In this document: positions 47,919 to 56,363 of the stretch, one piece after another | How the letters are laid out: each line of letters starts with the position of its first letter | Numbering within the stretch: position 1 is the first letter of the stretch | Source: a virus | Virus record (IMG/VR): IMGVR_UViG_3300022890_000014 | Location: 86,745 to 150,744 of that record | DNA length: 64,000 bases | Strand: one strand, 5' to 3' | The notes under the pieces: generated by a model | The model's database searches: none | The model's input: the letters and a program-made list of their open reading frames with translations, nothing else | What the model was told of the DNA's origin: nothing | Program-made: the position numbers and the translations under genes

Positions 47919-48030
47919 ATGTAGTAATGCTACACAAAGCCTTGAACAACAAAAGGAGAAGTCGTAGATAATTCACTATACGCTCTATTCTTATTGGAAC
48001 ATGCAGGAATAAAACCAAGGAGAAGATACG

Positions 48031-48282
48031 ATGTCAGCCATGAATATTCTGTCAGACCCAGTTGCATCTATGATAGCCATAGACGATATGGTTCACTACT
48101 GGCAAGACAAGAGAGATGCGAAAACAACCAAAGTCTCTAATTATTGCACGAAAATAGAATACAGAGGCATCGTCGAGTCGCTGTATTTCCTGAACCAAAA
48201 CCAAACAAGAGATGCAGTAAAGAGATTCAAAAGAGATGTCGATACGTACCGACTCAGAATGCAGCTAAGAAGTGGATGGTAA
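48031..48282 (+). CDS. Hypothetical protein
   Basis: AAGGAG RBS. Confidence 0.6.
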   Translation: MSAMNILSDPVASMIAIDDMVHYWQDKRDAKTTKVSNYCTKIEYRGIVESLYFLNQNQTRDAVKRFKRDVDTYRLRMQLRSGW

Positions 48283-48284
48283 AT

Positions 48285-48566
48285 ATGAAAACAATCGCAA
48301 TGAAGAAGCAACGCTACATAGACATGAAATACAAGGGTGTGACTAGAATTAGTGTTTATCGTCACAAAGTGTTACCAAGAGACTACAGAAAAGATTTCAT
48401 GCGTGAAGTTGATGAAGAGTTATTCCTGAGAGAACTGGCTATGAACCATACTGTGTTAGGTGGACTAAGAAAGAGATTTGTGCCAGAAACCCATGTCTTT
48501 GTAAGTCGAGAGATTACTCCAATTCCAGAGAAAATAAAGCAACCAATTCGCAAGAAGTACATATAG
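48285..48566 (+). CDS. Basic hypothetical protein
   Basis: ATG at 48285 directly after the previous stop. Confidence 0.55.
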   Translation: MKTIAMKKQRYIDMKYKGVTRISVYRHKVLPRDYRKDFMREVDEELFLRELAMNHTVLGGLRKRFVPETHVFVSREITPIPEKIKQPIRKKYI

Positions 48567-48615
48567 TCAACACGGAACTAACTGCGTAAGCCTTACGCAA
48601 AGGTTTTTTTTAGAC

Positions 48616-48861
48616 ATGAAAAGATTTCAAGTTAAGGTTAAAAAAATAGGCGATAATATGTCTCTTTCGTGTGGCATGTTCTTTATGTTTATTGAGAAGA
48701 CAAATGACCCACTTCTGATACGTGATTACTGCAAGACAATGAGAAGGTTTGTTATTGACCACTCAAGAGGACATATTAACGGTCCTGCTAGAGTGGTGAC
48801 GAAACGTCAGAAGAAGTACATAAAGTGGCTTAAAAAAGAGAAGCAGAAGACTAATTTATAA
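48616..48861 (+). CDS. Basic hypothetical protein
   Basis: 81-aa ORF after palindrome 48583. Confidence 0.5.
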   Translation: MKRFQVKVKKIGDNMSLSCGMFFMFIEKTNDPLLIRDYCKTMRRFVIDHSRGHINGPARVVTKRQKKYIKWLKKEKQKTNL

Positions 48862-49435
48862 TGCAAGAATGGTGCCAACTTCTCCAATAAGACCTAGTGA
48901 GGCAAATATCACCCTGGGTAAAAAATGACTCACTAACACAGCTAAGTACCTGAAGCGTAAGGCATTCTAAGCGCAAATCTCTCCCCCCAAACCAAGCCCC
49001 ATAGTAATACTATTAATATATATATATTTATTTATATTTAAATATATATATTCATATATACTATTCTTTTTTCTTCCTCGTCCCTCCAACCCCTGTATTA
49101 GTTTTACCCCTTGTATTAGTTTTCTCAAATAAACTGTTTTACTAGTTTAATCACTTTCCCCAATTTGGTTCTCATGACCTGTACCTTGGGCTGTATATAT
49201 GTCTGAGGTGGGTATTGTTTAGTAGCTGCGTAAGGATTAGCCTCGATTTCGAGCCTGTGCGCTACGCATACGAAATACCCAAGATGATATAGCTCAGAAT
49301 AGGTCTAAAAAATAACACAGAGAAAGGTTGAGAGTAGTTAGGGGTGGTACTCGATACAATATTCGTTGAGTATGGCATACGCATCGTCACGAAGCTATAT
49401 TGAGTCCACCCCTAAGTTGGCACGGTTGTTGCATA
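48862..49435. other. Long non-coding region with AT-rich tract and short direct repeats (origin-like)
   Basis: About 70 bp of almost pure A/T at 49001-49072; TGTATTAGTTTT at 49094 and 49112; lies between convergent gene blocks. Confidence 0.45.
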
Positions 49436-49684
49436 CTACTGTTCGAGTCCATACCACCCGTCAACATACTTATGCATGTCTTTTTCCATAAGTATCCAAT
49501 TGGGACAAGTGATGTCGAATTCAGACCATCCTTCCTCTAATTCCTTAAGAAGCGGCACCTGACTGTATGGCAACCAAATCTCCTCCCCTTCTTCAAGTTC
49601 TACTAGTGCGGCTCTATCTAGCTTTTTTATCAGCATAACCACGTAGACTTCCGACCCTAACTTACCGAGTTGATACTCATCCAT
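49436..49684 (-). CDS. Conserved small phage protein
   Basis: RAALV...EIWLPYSQV...CPNWILMEK pattern. Confidence 0.65.
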   Translation of the reverse strand: MDEYQLGKLGSEVYVVMLIKKLDRAALVELEEGEEIWLPYSQVPLLKELEEGWSEFDITCPNWILMEKDMHKYVDGWYGLEQ

Positions 49685-49716
49685 TATAACTAACCCTTTG
49701 CTTCTTTGCGTAAGCC

Positions 49717-50250
49717 TTACGCTTTTGTTGCTCCCCAGTTCACATCTTCGTGACCAAAGCAGTCCTTAATATATTTCTCAGTTTCACCGCTCTCTAACAT
49801 CCATTTGACACAGCTAGGACATACACCATAACCACAATCTTGATTCCACCACTGCTGCCACGTCCCTGCATCGCAATCACAACAAGCACAGCGCAAACCT
49901 ACTTTTTTTACCATAGGATCATAGATGATATTTCTATCTGTATTTTCAACAGACCATTTTTTGGATTTTGCTTCACCTATGTATTCCAGTCCTTCATCAA
50001 CAGTAAAGTGTGCAATATTTTCACCCTCCTCTTCTTCTACGACACGTATAGCTTGAAGGGCAGTTCTTGCATTCTGAATAGGCACAAAGACAGAGTTTAC
50101 ATGAATCTCTTGCACTCTGACATAGAACCCAGCATTACCTTTTATTTCAGCACAGATAGGGCAGAATATGTCTCCTTGTAGTTTTCTTATATTCTTTGTC
50201 TCACCACCACACCCAGCACAGTTACAGTCAACGCTACTCATCTCAATCAC
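49717..50250 (-). CDS. Multi-Zn-ribbon hypothetical protein
   Basis: CAGC..CPIC; CACC..WWNQDCGYGVCPSC; stop codon in palindrome. Confidence 0.65.
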   Translation of the reverse strand: MIEMSSVDCNCAGCGGETKNIRKLQGDIFCPICAEIKGNAGFYVRVQEIHVNSVFVPIQNARTALQAIRVVEEEEGENIAHFTVDEGLEYIGEAKSKKWSVENTDRNIIYDPMVKKVGLRCACCDCDAGTWQQWWNQDCGYGVCPSCVKWMLESGETEKYIKDCFGHEDVNWGATKA

Positions 50251-50327
50251 CTCTAGGTTAGTTGTGTAAAAAATCGCGCAACCTAAGCTGCACGACTTCT
50301 TACTTATCTTTAGCTTACGCGTAAGGC

Positions 50328-51440
50328 TTACGCGAGTAGTTCGCCAGCCTTAGATTCCAAGGCTTCTCTTCTGTCTGGAGCTTTGGACTTTGCAACAAGA
50401 CTGAATGCATTACTCAAACGCCATTTGTTGTCACCACCAGAACTACTTGGTAGCAGTTCGATGTTACTAGTGTTGTTATAGATAGTCTTGATTTCCGAGC
50501 ACTCCTCCTTAGTTATATTGCTTCTGATAGCACCCTTGAGGTACTTTTCAACATCAACCTTTGCTTCATGGGCTTCAGCGATCTTTGCGATGCTGGCGTC
50601 AATGGTTCTTGGCTGAAGAGCATTGGCAATGAAGTCTCTTGCTTTGAGGGAGATTGTTTTAGAGTTGGCCTCAATAGTATCCTTTGCCCATTCTATGTTA
50701 ACAGGAAGCTGCTTGCCCAGGTGTACGTTGCGCATGATGACATCGCGTGTGGCTAGGTTGCTACACCATAGGCGAACGATGAAGTTCTTTATTTCGAGGG
50801 CACCTTGTCCGAAGTCCGAGTTCGAGATCTGCAACCCATACATTACAACCTCATTCTTCACAGGCTCGAATACTTCTTTGACGACTAGGCGAATCCACCA
50901 CTTGAGGTCAGAGAAGTATGCACCGACTACAACAGCGTTGCTTTTAGAGAGAGTCTCAAGAAGATTGCTGAGAATGGAAACAGTATCGACAATCATGTAT
51001 TTGTCGGAGAGAGCAGCCATCACTGTATTATCGATGTTTCTGATAAGCAGGCGTTCGGTATTGATCTTCTGGTAGATTTCCTGAAGGTTTCGACACAGAA
51101 GCTCTTTACCCCAGTCACCTTGTGCGAAGAAGTGATTGACATTGCTCTTGCTGAGAATACCAGTTTTTGTTGCAATCTGAGTGACTGCATTCTGGTGCAT
51201 CATTCTTTTCTTGCCATCGCCTACATCGATAAGAAGACTGTCTCCTTCGTATCCGAAATCCATCTTATTGGTATTAGCAAGCATATCTCTTGGAATGGAA
51301 CTCATGACCATATCGATAAGCTCTTCGCCCTCATCTGCACCTTTTGAGATAATGTCTTCAAAGGACGCCCGTGTTTTCTGGCTGGCATTGTCCCATTCTA
51401 CTGAGTATGGGCGGCTGGAATCATTAGTTTGCATTTGCAT
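50328..51440 (-). CDS. DUF932/DUF945-like protein
   Basis: ALSDKY, GLQISNSDFGQGAL...RLWCSN, RNVHLG; start at 51440 after GGAG; stop codon in palindrome. Confidence 0.75.
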   Translation of the reverse strand: MQMQTNDSSRPYSVEWDNASQKTRASFEDIISKGADEGEELIDMVMSSIPRDMLANTNKMDFGYEGDSLLIDVGDGKKRMMHQNAVTQIATKTGILSKSNVNHFFAQGDWGKELLCRNLQEIYQKINTERLLIRNIDNTVMAALSDKYMIVDTVSILSNLLETLSKSNAVVVGAYFSDLKWWIRLVVKEVFEPVKNEVVMYGLQISNSDFGQGALEIKNFIVRLWCSNLATRDVIMRNVHLGKQLPVNIEWAKDTIEANSKTISLKARDFIANALQPRTIDASIAKIAEAHEAKVDVEKYLKGAIRSNITKEECSEIKTIYNNTSNIELLPSSSGGDNKWRLSNAFSLVAKSKAPDRREALESKAGELLA

Positions 51441-51517
51441 TAGTATCTTCTCCATATAGAAATAGCCAAGGACCACAACGGAACTTAGCTATCAAGATGT
51501 GTTATTTGTTTACTTAT

Positions 51518-52276
51518 CTAGAAAGGAATGTCTTGGTCGTCATCATCAGCAGGAGGTGTATAGGAGTAATTGCTTTGGTTGTCATCGACATCCGACTTTG
51601 ATGGACCTGATTCGTGTCCAGTCTTTTGTGACTCATACTTAGGAGTATACATGTTCGTGAACTCGAAGTTCCTTACAGTTAGTTCTGTGGATTGCTTTTT
51701 GACTCCATCTTTGTCAACATAGGAGCGAACCTTTGTTATACCCTGAAGAGTGATCCATCTACACTTATCCTCTGTTGGTGTAAAGTACTGGTCTATGTGG
51801 TCTGCACTCTTCTTCCACGCTGTGAACCTTAACCAGTCGGCACTACTATGCTCGTTGCCATCCTTGTCCGTCCAATTTCTTGGACAACGGATTGTGCCGT
51901 TAGACACTGTATCTCCTGAGTCTGTATAGTCCGTCTTGAGTCTTTCGATTGCTCCTACCAAGAAGTGGACATTCATTCCTTCGTCGCCAACTCTTGATAT
52001 TTCGTCACAGACGTACTTCGTAAACTTTTCTTCTGGATGTAGTTCACAAAGAGCAACAACCTCATCACCCTTCTCGAACTTTGAGGCTTTCTCTGCGGCT
52101 CTTCCTGTTGCTGTGACAGCGAACGTATCTATTACTCTCTCTCTCTTTAGTCTATCGTATCTCCCAGAATCAATACGAAGAATAACTTGCAACATCTTTC
52201 TGCTTTCATCTTCACTAAAATCCTTGACAGATGGATTCGATGACAATTTACCAGCGACGATTCCTCTAAAACTCAT
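51518..52276 (-). CDS. ssb: Single-stranded DNA-binding protein with two tandem OB folds
   Basis: WTDKDG...ADW..FTAWKK, RSYVDKDGVKKQSTEL, acidic tail DDDDQDIPF; N-terminal half is a second OB fold. Confidence 0.88.
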   Translation of the reverse strand: MSFRGIVAGKLSSNPSVKDFSEDESRKMLQVILRIDSGRYDRLKRERVIDTFAVTATGRAAEKASKFEKGDEVVALCELHPEEKFTKYVCDEISRVGDEGMNVHFLVGAIERLKTDYTDSGDTVSNGTIRCPRNWTDKDGNEHSSADWLRFTAWKKSADHIDQYFTPTEDKCRWITLQGITKVRSYVDKDGVKKQSTELTVRNFEFTNMYTPKYESQKTGHESGPSKSDVDDNQSNYSYTPPADDDDQDIPF

Positions 52277-52362
52277 AACAATATTACTCCGACAATGGTT
52301 ATGAAAAATTGCTTATGTTACTTGTTAACACACGCAAAAGACTTATACCTATTTTTGAACAA

Positions 52363-52435
52363 TGCGTAAGAAGTATCAGGTAAGCATTGCTGCGTAAGGA
52401 GTATCAGGTAAGCATTGCTGCGTAAGGCTTATGCA
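52363..52435. repeat. 28-bp tandem duplication built on palindrome half-sites
   Basis: TGCGTAAGRAGTATCAGGTAAGCATTGC twice (52363, 52391), then TGCGTAAGGCTTATGCA (52419). Confidence 0.9.
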
Positions 52436-52810
52436 CTACCTGATTACATCTGAATTTGCAACAGACCCAACATCATTAGCAATATCCTTTATGACACTGC
52501 TGTCACCACTCATGTACAAATGCTCTCTGGTCTCGACTAGCACTACTGCCCCACTCTCGTATTCATCTTCACTAACGCAACTGTGCAATAGACTTGCTCG
52601 ATCTTCCTCGGATCTGAAGATGATAGCCCTCTTACATGCACCCCAGTTGATAGTATTCTTGTTGGCTCTAAGTCCTACGACTGACTCACCATCCACTGAT
52701 ATTACAGCATCATCCCATTTCCTAATCACCTTCCTTGCTGTGATCTCAATAAATCTACCGATAGTAGCGCGACCCGCGTTCAGTCTAATCTCGATTACAT
52801 CTGCGTTCAA
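52436..52810 (-). CDS. Hypothetical protein
   Basis: TTG start with AGGAG RBS. Confidence 0.6.
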   Translation of the reverse strand: MNADVIEIRLNAGRATIGRFIEITARKVIRKWDDAVISVDGESVVGLRANKNTINWGACKRAIIFRSEEDRASLLHSCVSEDEYESGAVVLVETREHLYMSGDSSVIKDIANDVGSVANSDVIR

Positions 52811-52857
52811 TTGTTTCTCCTAAAATATACGCACAGTAGCGTATAAGTTTTGAGTTG

Positions 52858-53355
52858 TTACGACTTACTCGGAGGCGGCTCATCCCACTTTAGAGTACTA
52901 GATGAGTAGCAGTCTCTATTATTTTTAGCTTTAGCCTCATCTTTATCTTTGATGATTTCTGCAATAGCACTTATACACATATAGCAGCCCATTTTGAAGC
53001 TGCTGCAATTGTATGGACGATAATCGTATATTGTACACTCCTTCTTTTCTTTGTCAAAGGCTGGACAACAACCGTCTTCTAGTGGCATGATGTAGTGAGT
53101 ATACTTTGATGAACCTGAGATTTCCTTGCTCATTTTCTCTACGAATTTATCTACGAAGACATTTCTGTCTTCTTCTAGAACAGGAATTCTGTAGTTGCAA
53201 GAGCAACACGCACCGCATCCTTTACAGTCTTTCATTTCTTCAACAAGTCTCCTTACAGCCTTTGATCTATAAGGTTCTTTTGACTCATGAAGTATAGATA
53301 TAACTGAGTTTATGATTAAGTCTTCCTTTGTCATCTCTTCATATGTCTTCTTCAT
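52858..53355 (-). CDS. YkgJ-family CxxCxxCC (Zn/Fe-S cluster) protein
   Basis: CKGCGACC...CPAFD...CTIYDYRPYNC. Confidence 0.85.
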   Translation of the reverse strand: MKKTYEEMTKEDLIINSVISILHESKEPYRSKAVRRLVEEMKDCKGCGACCSCNYRIPVLEEDRNVFVDKFVEKMSKEISGSSKYTHYIMPLEDGCCPAFDKEKKECTIYDYRPYNCSSFKMGCYMCISAIAEIIKDKDEAKAKNNRDCYSSSTLKWDEPPPSKS

Positions 53356-53963
53356 GACTGCTCACTTGGAATTTTGGGCCAACCAGCATCTCTTGACATC
53401 TTAGCCATTTTCAGAACTTCATCTCTATGCTTTAGACACCAACGAATAATTCTACCTCCATCTGCTATATCTTCGTTCTCCATTCTTTGGGCATCCTTCC
53501 ACATGTCAATCTCTTCGAGTCCTTCGTTGTCTTTTTCAACGCATCCAACAAATACTTTGTCTGGAGTTGTATTAACTACCCACGGACCAAGTAGTGCTGT
53601 AAGAACACCAGTGTTCTTCATAAATTCTGGTAGTGGAAGATATGTCCTTCTAATATCTGCATCAACCAGTAGCGTGTTGTTTAGTGAGGAGCGATGAAGG
53701 TCTGACTCACTTATATTTGCCCCAGAAAGGTCGGCGTTGTTTAGTCCAACAGAAGTGATCGTTATAGATGAAAGATCTGCTCTTATCTTGAACTTTCTCC
53801 ATAAGTGACCAATAATAGTAATGTTCGTGTACAGAAGTGATTGCCAGCGAAACCTAGTTATTCTACTAGACTCCTTGCTGTTTATGCCAAAAACATATTT
53901 CCATGCTTCTACATGTCTATCCGAGAAATCATTATCTCTCAAAGTCTTTGCACTGATTTTCAT
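53352..53963 (-). CDS. Pentapeptide-repeat protein
   Basis: ADLSS..ADLSG ANISE SDLHR SSLNN repeats. Confidence 0.7.
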   Translation of the reverse strand: MKISAKTLRDNDFSDRHVEAWKYVFGINSKESSRITRFRWQSLLYTNITIIGHLWRKFKIRADLSSITITSVGLNNADLSGANISESDLHRSSLNNTLLVDADIRRTYLPLPEFMKNTGVLTALLGPWVVNTTPDKVFVGCVEKDNEGLEEIDMWKDAQRMENEDIADGGRIIRWCLKHRDEVLKMAKMSRDAGWPKIPSEQS

Positions 53964-53981
53964 TTCAACCTCATTTGATGG

Positions 53982-54191
53982 CTAGTCAAGCATTGAACAT
54001 GCAAGTGTGTCGTTTTCAACAATCTCTCTTGCGGTATCCTTCGGTTCTTCATCGTTGTCGAATGCGTCACGAATAATGAAGTCCTCAAGGTCTTCAATTC
54101 CAAACCCACATAATACTTCAACTTCAAGGTCAACCAGTCTATACCATTCTTTGTAAGTTAGTCCGTACCTATTTGTTTCAGGCATTGGCAT
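53982..54191 (-). CDS. Small acidic hypothetical protein
   Basis: GAGGAG RBS. Confidence 0.6.
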   Translation of the reverse strand: MPMPETNRYGLTYKEWYRLVDLEVEVLCGFGIEDLEDFIIRDAFDNDEEPKDTAREIVENDTLACSMLD

Positions 54192-54462
54192 TCTCCTCTT
54201 TTCTGTCGTACTCAGCCATGTACTCTTCTATTGTAGTTGTGTAGAAGTATAGGTCATCATACTTCATATCGAATTTGAATTTGCAAGACTCTATTTTGAA
54301 GATTTCTCCAGAAAGATACCTTTCTCTCATCTTCTTTATTTCTTCAACAGAAAAAGTTGGGCCGTTGCAGTGTCTTACTCTGAATCCTTTTTGGCAAGTA
54401 TAGGTTCCAAAATATGAGCTTCCACACTCTGGGCACAAGAAGGTCTTCATAGCACACCTCAT
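54178..54462 (-). CDS. Zn-ribbon hypothetical protein
   Basis: CPECGS. Confidence 0.6.
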   Translation of the reverse strand: MRCAMKTFLCPECGSSYFGTYTCQKGFRVRHCNGPTFSVEEIKKMRERYLSGEIFKIESCKFKFDMKYDDLYFYTTTIEEYMAEYDRKEENANA

Positions 54463-54482
54463 CTTTTGTTTATGCGTAAGCC

Positions 54483-55142
54483 TTACGCAATAATGTCAAT
54501 ACTATCTCCTCCACACAAAGGACAACTAAGTCTTCCGTAACCTGAGTCAAAAGCAGACTTTGATTCTTTAAGCCCACACACGCACTTCCATTTCTCTTCC
54601 GACTCAGCAGGCTTCTCATCAAAGACTGACGCTGGTACTTTAGGAACAGGAACTCCTGCTTCCGATAGAGCCTTAGCTGAATTATTTAGAAAACTATCAC
54701 GCAGAACATTATCTATTCTGATTCCAGTTTCCATAATTCTGCATCTATCCGCATGTAACTCTTCTGCTGTTTTTGCAACACAAGCATCGCATACATGGTC
54801 GTATTTTGGGCCACTTGGTCCACTACAGTAGATGCATATATGAGGATTGGAATTCTTTTCCTTATTCTCTTCCTTAACTTTAGCTGGCCTGCCAGTCTTG
54901 CGGGTAGAGTCAACGAACACGAATCCTCTCTTTTTTACAACACTAAGCTCCAGGTGGTCGATTATCTCTGATAAGATAGCTCTAATACTCATTCCTGGTT
55001 CATTAGAAAAAGCAGAATCAGGTATCTCACTGAAAGACATAGACGAATTATCCTTGATTTTATCCTTGTTCAATATTTGTGGTAGCATCTGCTTTACCAC
55101 TTCTCTCACTGACGATAGCGTAGGCTTTGTTCTTGCTGTCAT
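54483..55142 (-). CDS. Hypothetical protein with two Zn-ribbons
   Basis: CIYC..CDAC; CVCG..CPLCG; stop codon in palindrome. Confidence 0.65.
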   Translation of the reverse strand: MTARTKPTLSSVREVVKQMLPQILNKDKIKDNSSMSFSEIPDSAFSNEPGMSIRAILSEIIDHLELSVVKKRGFVFVDSTRKTGRPAKVKEENKEKNSNPHICIYCSGPSGPKYDHVCDACVAKTAEELHADRCRIMETGIRIDNVLRDSFLNNSAKALSEAGVPVPKVPASVFDEKPAESEEKWKCVCGLKESKSAFDSGYGRLSCPLCGGDSIDIIA

Positions 55143-55206
55143 TGCTAACTCCGTAATTGATGTGTTATAATAAGGCTATTATTCTTATGCCAATAAAGGA
55201 AAAGAT

Positions 55207-56298
55207 ATGCAACTAGATTTTGAACTAAGCGAACTCGATGTTATGGACATGGGAATGACTGTGCCTAACGATGAACCAGTAGACCCAGATGTCAGCTTAT
55301 TCTACGAGGATGATACTCTATATTCAGACCCAAGTAAAGGTTATTGGACAGACAACCTTTCTGATACAAAAAGAGGTATGTGTCTTGGTAGAATACTTAG
55401 TGTAAATAAACAAATGGGAACCATGCAGGTAATTGGTGTTGACTGCGATATAAACATAGAGATTCCATTGACTCACTGCCAAACATCTAAGAAGTTTGGT
55501 GGCGATGTTAGTATTCCTGCTAAGAACTCACAGGTTATACTTGCTGAGATAAATGGAGACTATTATCCTATTACATACATAAGGCCATTCTCTACAGAGT
55601 TCAACTGGTCATATGGAATACCTGATGAAATGGACTCAGGTGACATAGGCTGGGCTACAGAAGGTGGAGGAAAGCTACTTCTATTTGAGAATGGCTTCCT
55701 GCATATGGAGTCATCACCCAACTGTCTCAGGCAAATGTATCCGCTTGAAGACGGAGAAGGAATGCAGGATACATGCAGAGAGTACGGATTGTTCTCTGAT
55801 GCAGGAAGCATCAAAGCTGAAGAGAGAAACAAGCTGAACCCTCTCGGTGCATCACATATAATCTTTGAGGGTAACAAAAGGTTTGGTACTAACAAGTATT
55901 CGGTTGGAGTGCTAGAACTAGGTAGTCTAGATGAAGCATCAGTGAAATCTGGTGTTGAGCTACGAGTCAACATGGGGACATCAAAAACTCCCATACCTGG
56001 CCCAAGTCTTCGCATGACAGACGATGATATGATAGTAATGAAGTCTAAGGTTTCTGCTTCAATAGAGACAGCAAAACTTAGCATAGGATCTAGCACGGCA
56101 ACTGAGCCAGTAGTCCTTGGTAAAAAGCTACTAACAGAAATAACAAGATTGTCTAGTAAGCTCAATGCTTTTATAGCTACCTATAATTTACATACGCATC
56201 TGGCAGCAGGAACAGCAACAGCTATACCAGTAGGAGTTCAAACACCATATACTCCCAAAAATGACTGGCTTTCCACGCTAGCCTTTGTTTCAAGATGA
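55207..56298 (+). CDS. Baseplate central spike (gpV/gp5-like)
   Basis: N-terminal OB-like GRILSVN...PAKNSQVILA; EPVVLG; C-terminal YNLHTH iron-binding apex motif. Confidence 0.75.
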   Translation: MQLDFELSELDVMDMGMTVPNDEPVDPDVSLFYEDDTLYSDPSKGYWTDNLSDTKRGMCLGRILSVNKQMGTMQVIGVDCDINIEIPLTHCQTSKKFGGDVSIPAKNSQVILAEINGDYYPITYIRPFSTEFNWSYGIPDEMDSGDIGWATEGGGKLLLFENGFLHMESSPNCLRQMYPLEDGEGMQDTCREYGLFSDAGSIKAEERNKLNPLGASHIIFEGNKRFGTNKYSVGVLELGSLDEASVKSGVELRVNMGTSKTPIPGPSLRMTDDDMIVMKSKVSASIETAKLSIGSSTATEPVVLGKKLLTEITRLSSKLNAFIATYNLHTHLAAGTATAIPVGVQTPYTPKNDWLSTLAFVSR

Positions 56299-56363
56299 TA
56301 TAAAAATATTAGATGATATAATTTACTAAACTTTACTGCGTAAGGCTTACGCAAACGGAGAAA

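Noticed and set aside
52363-52435. Mini CRISPR array
   Set aside because: The intervening 20-mers are near-identical, so it is a tandem duplication rather than unique spacers.
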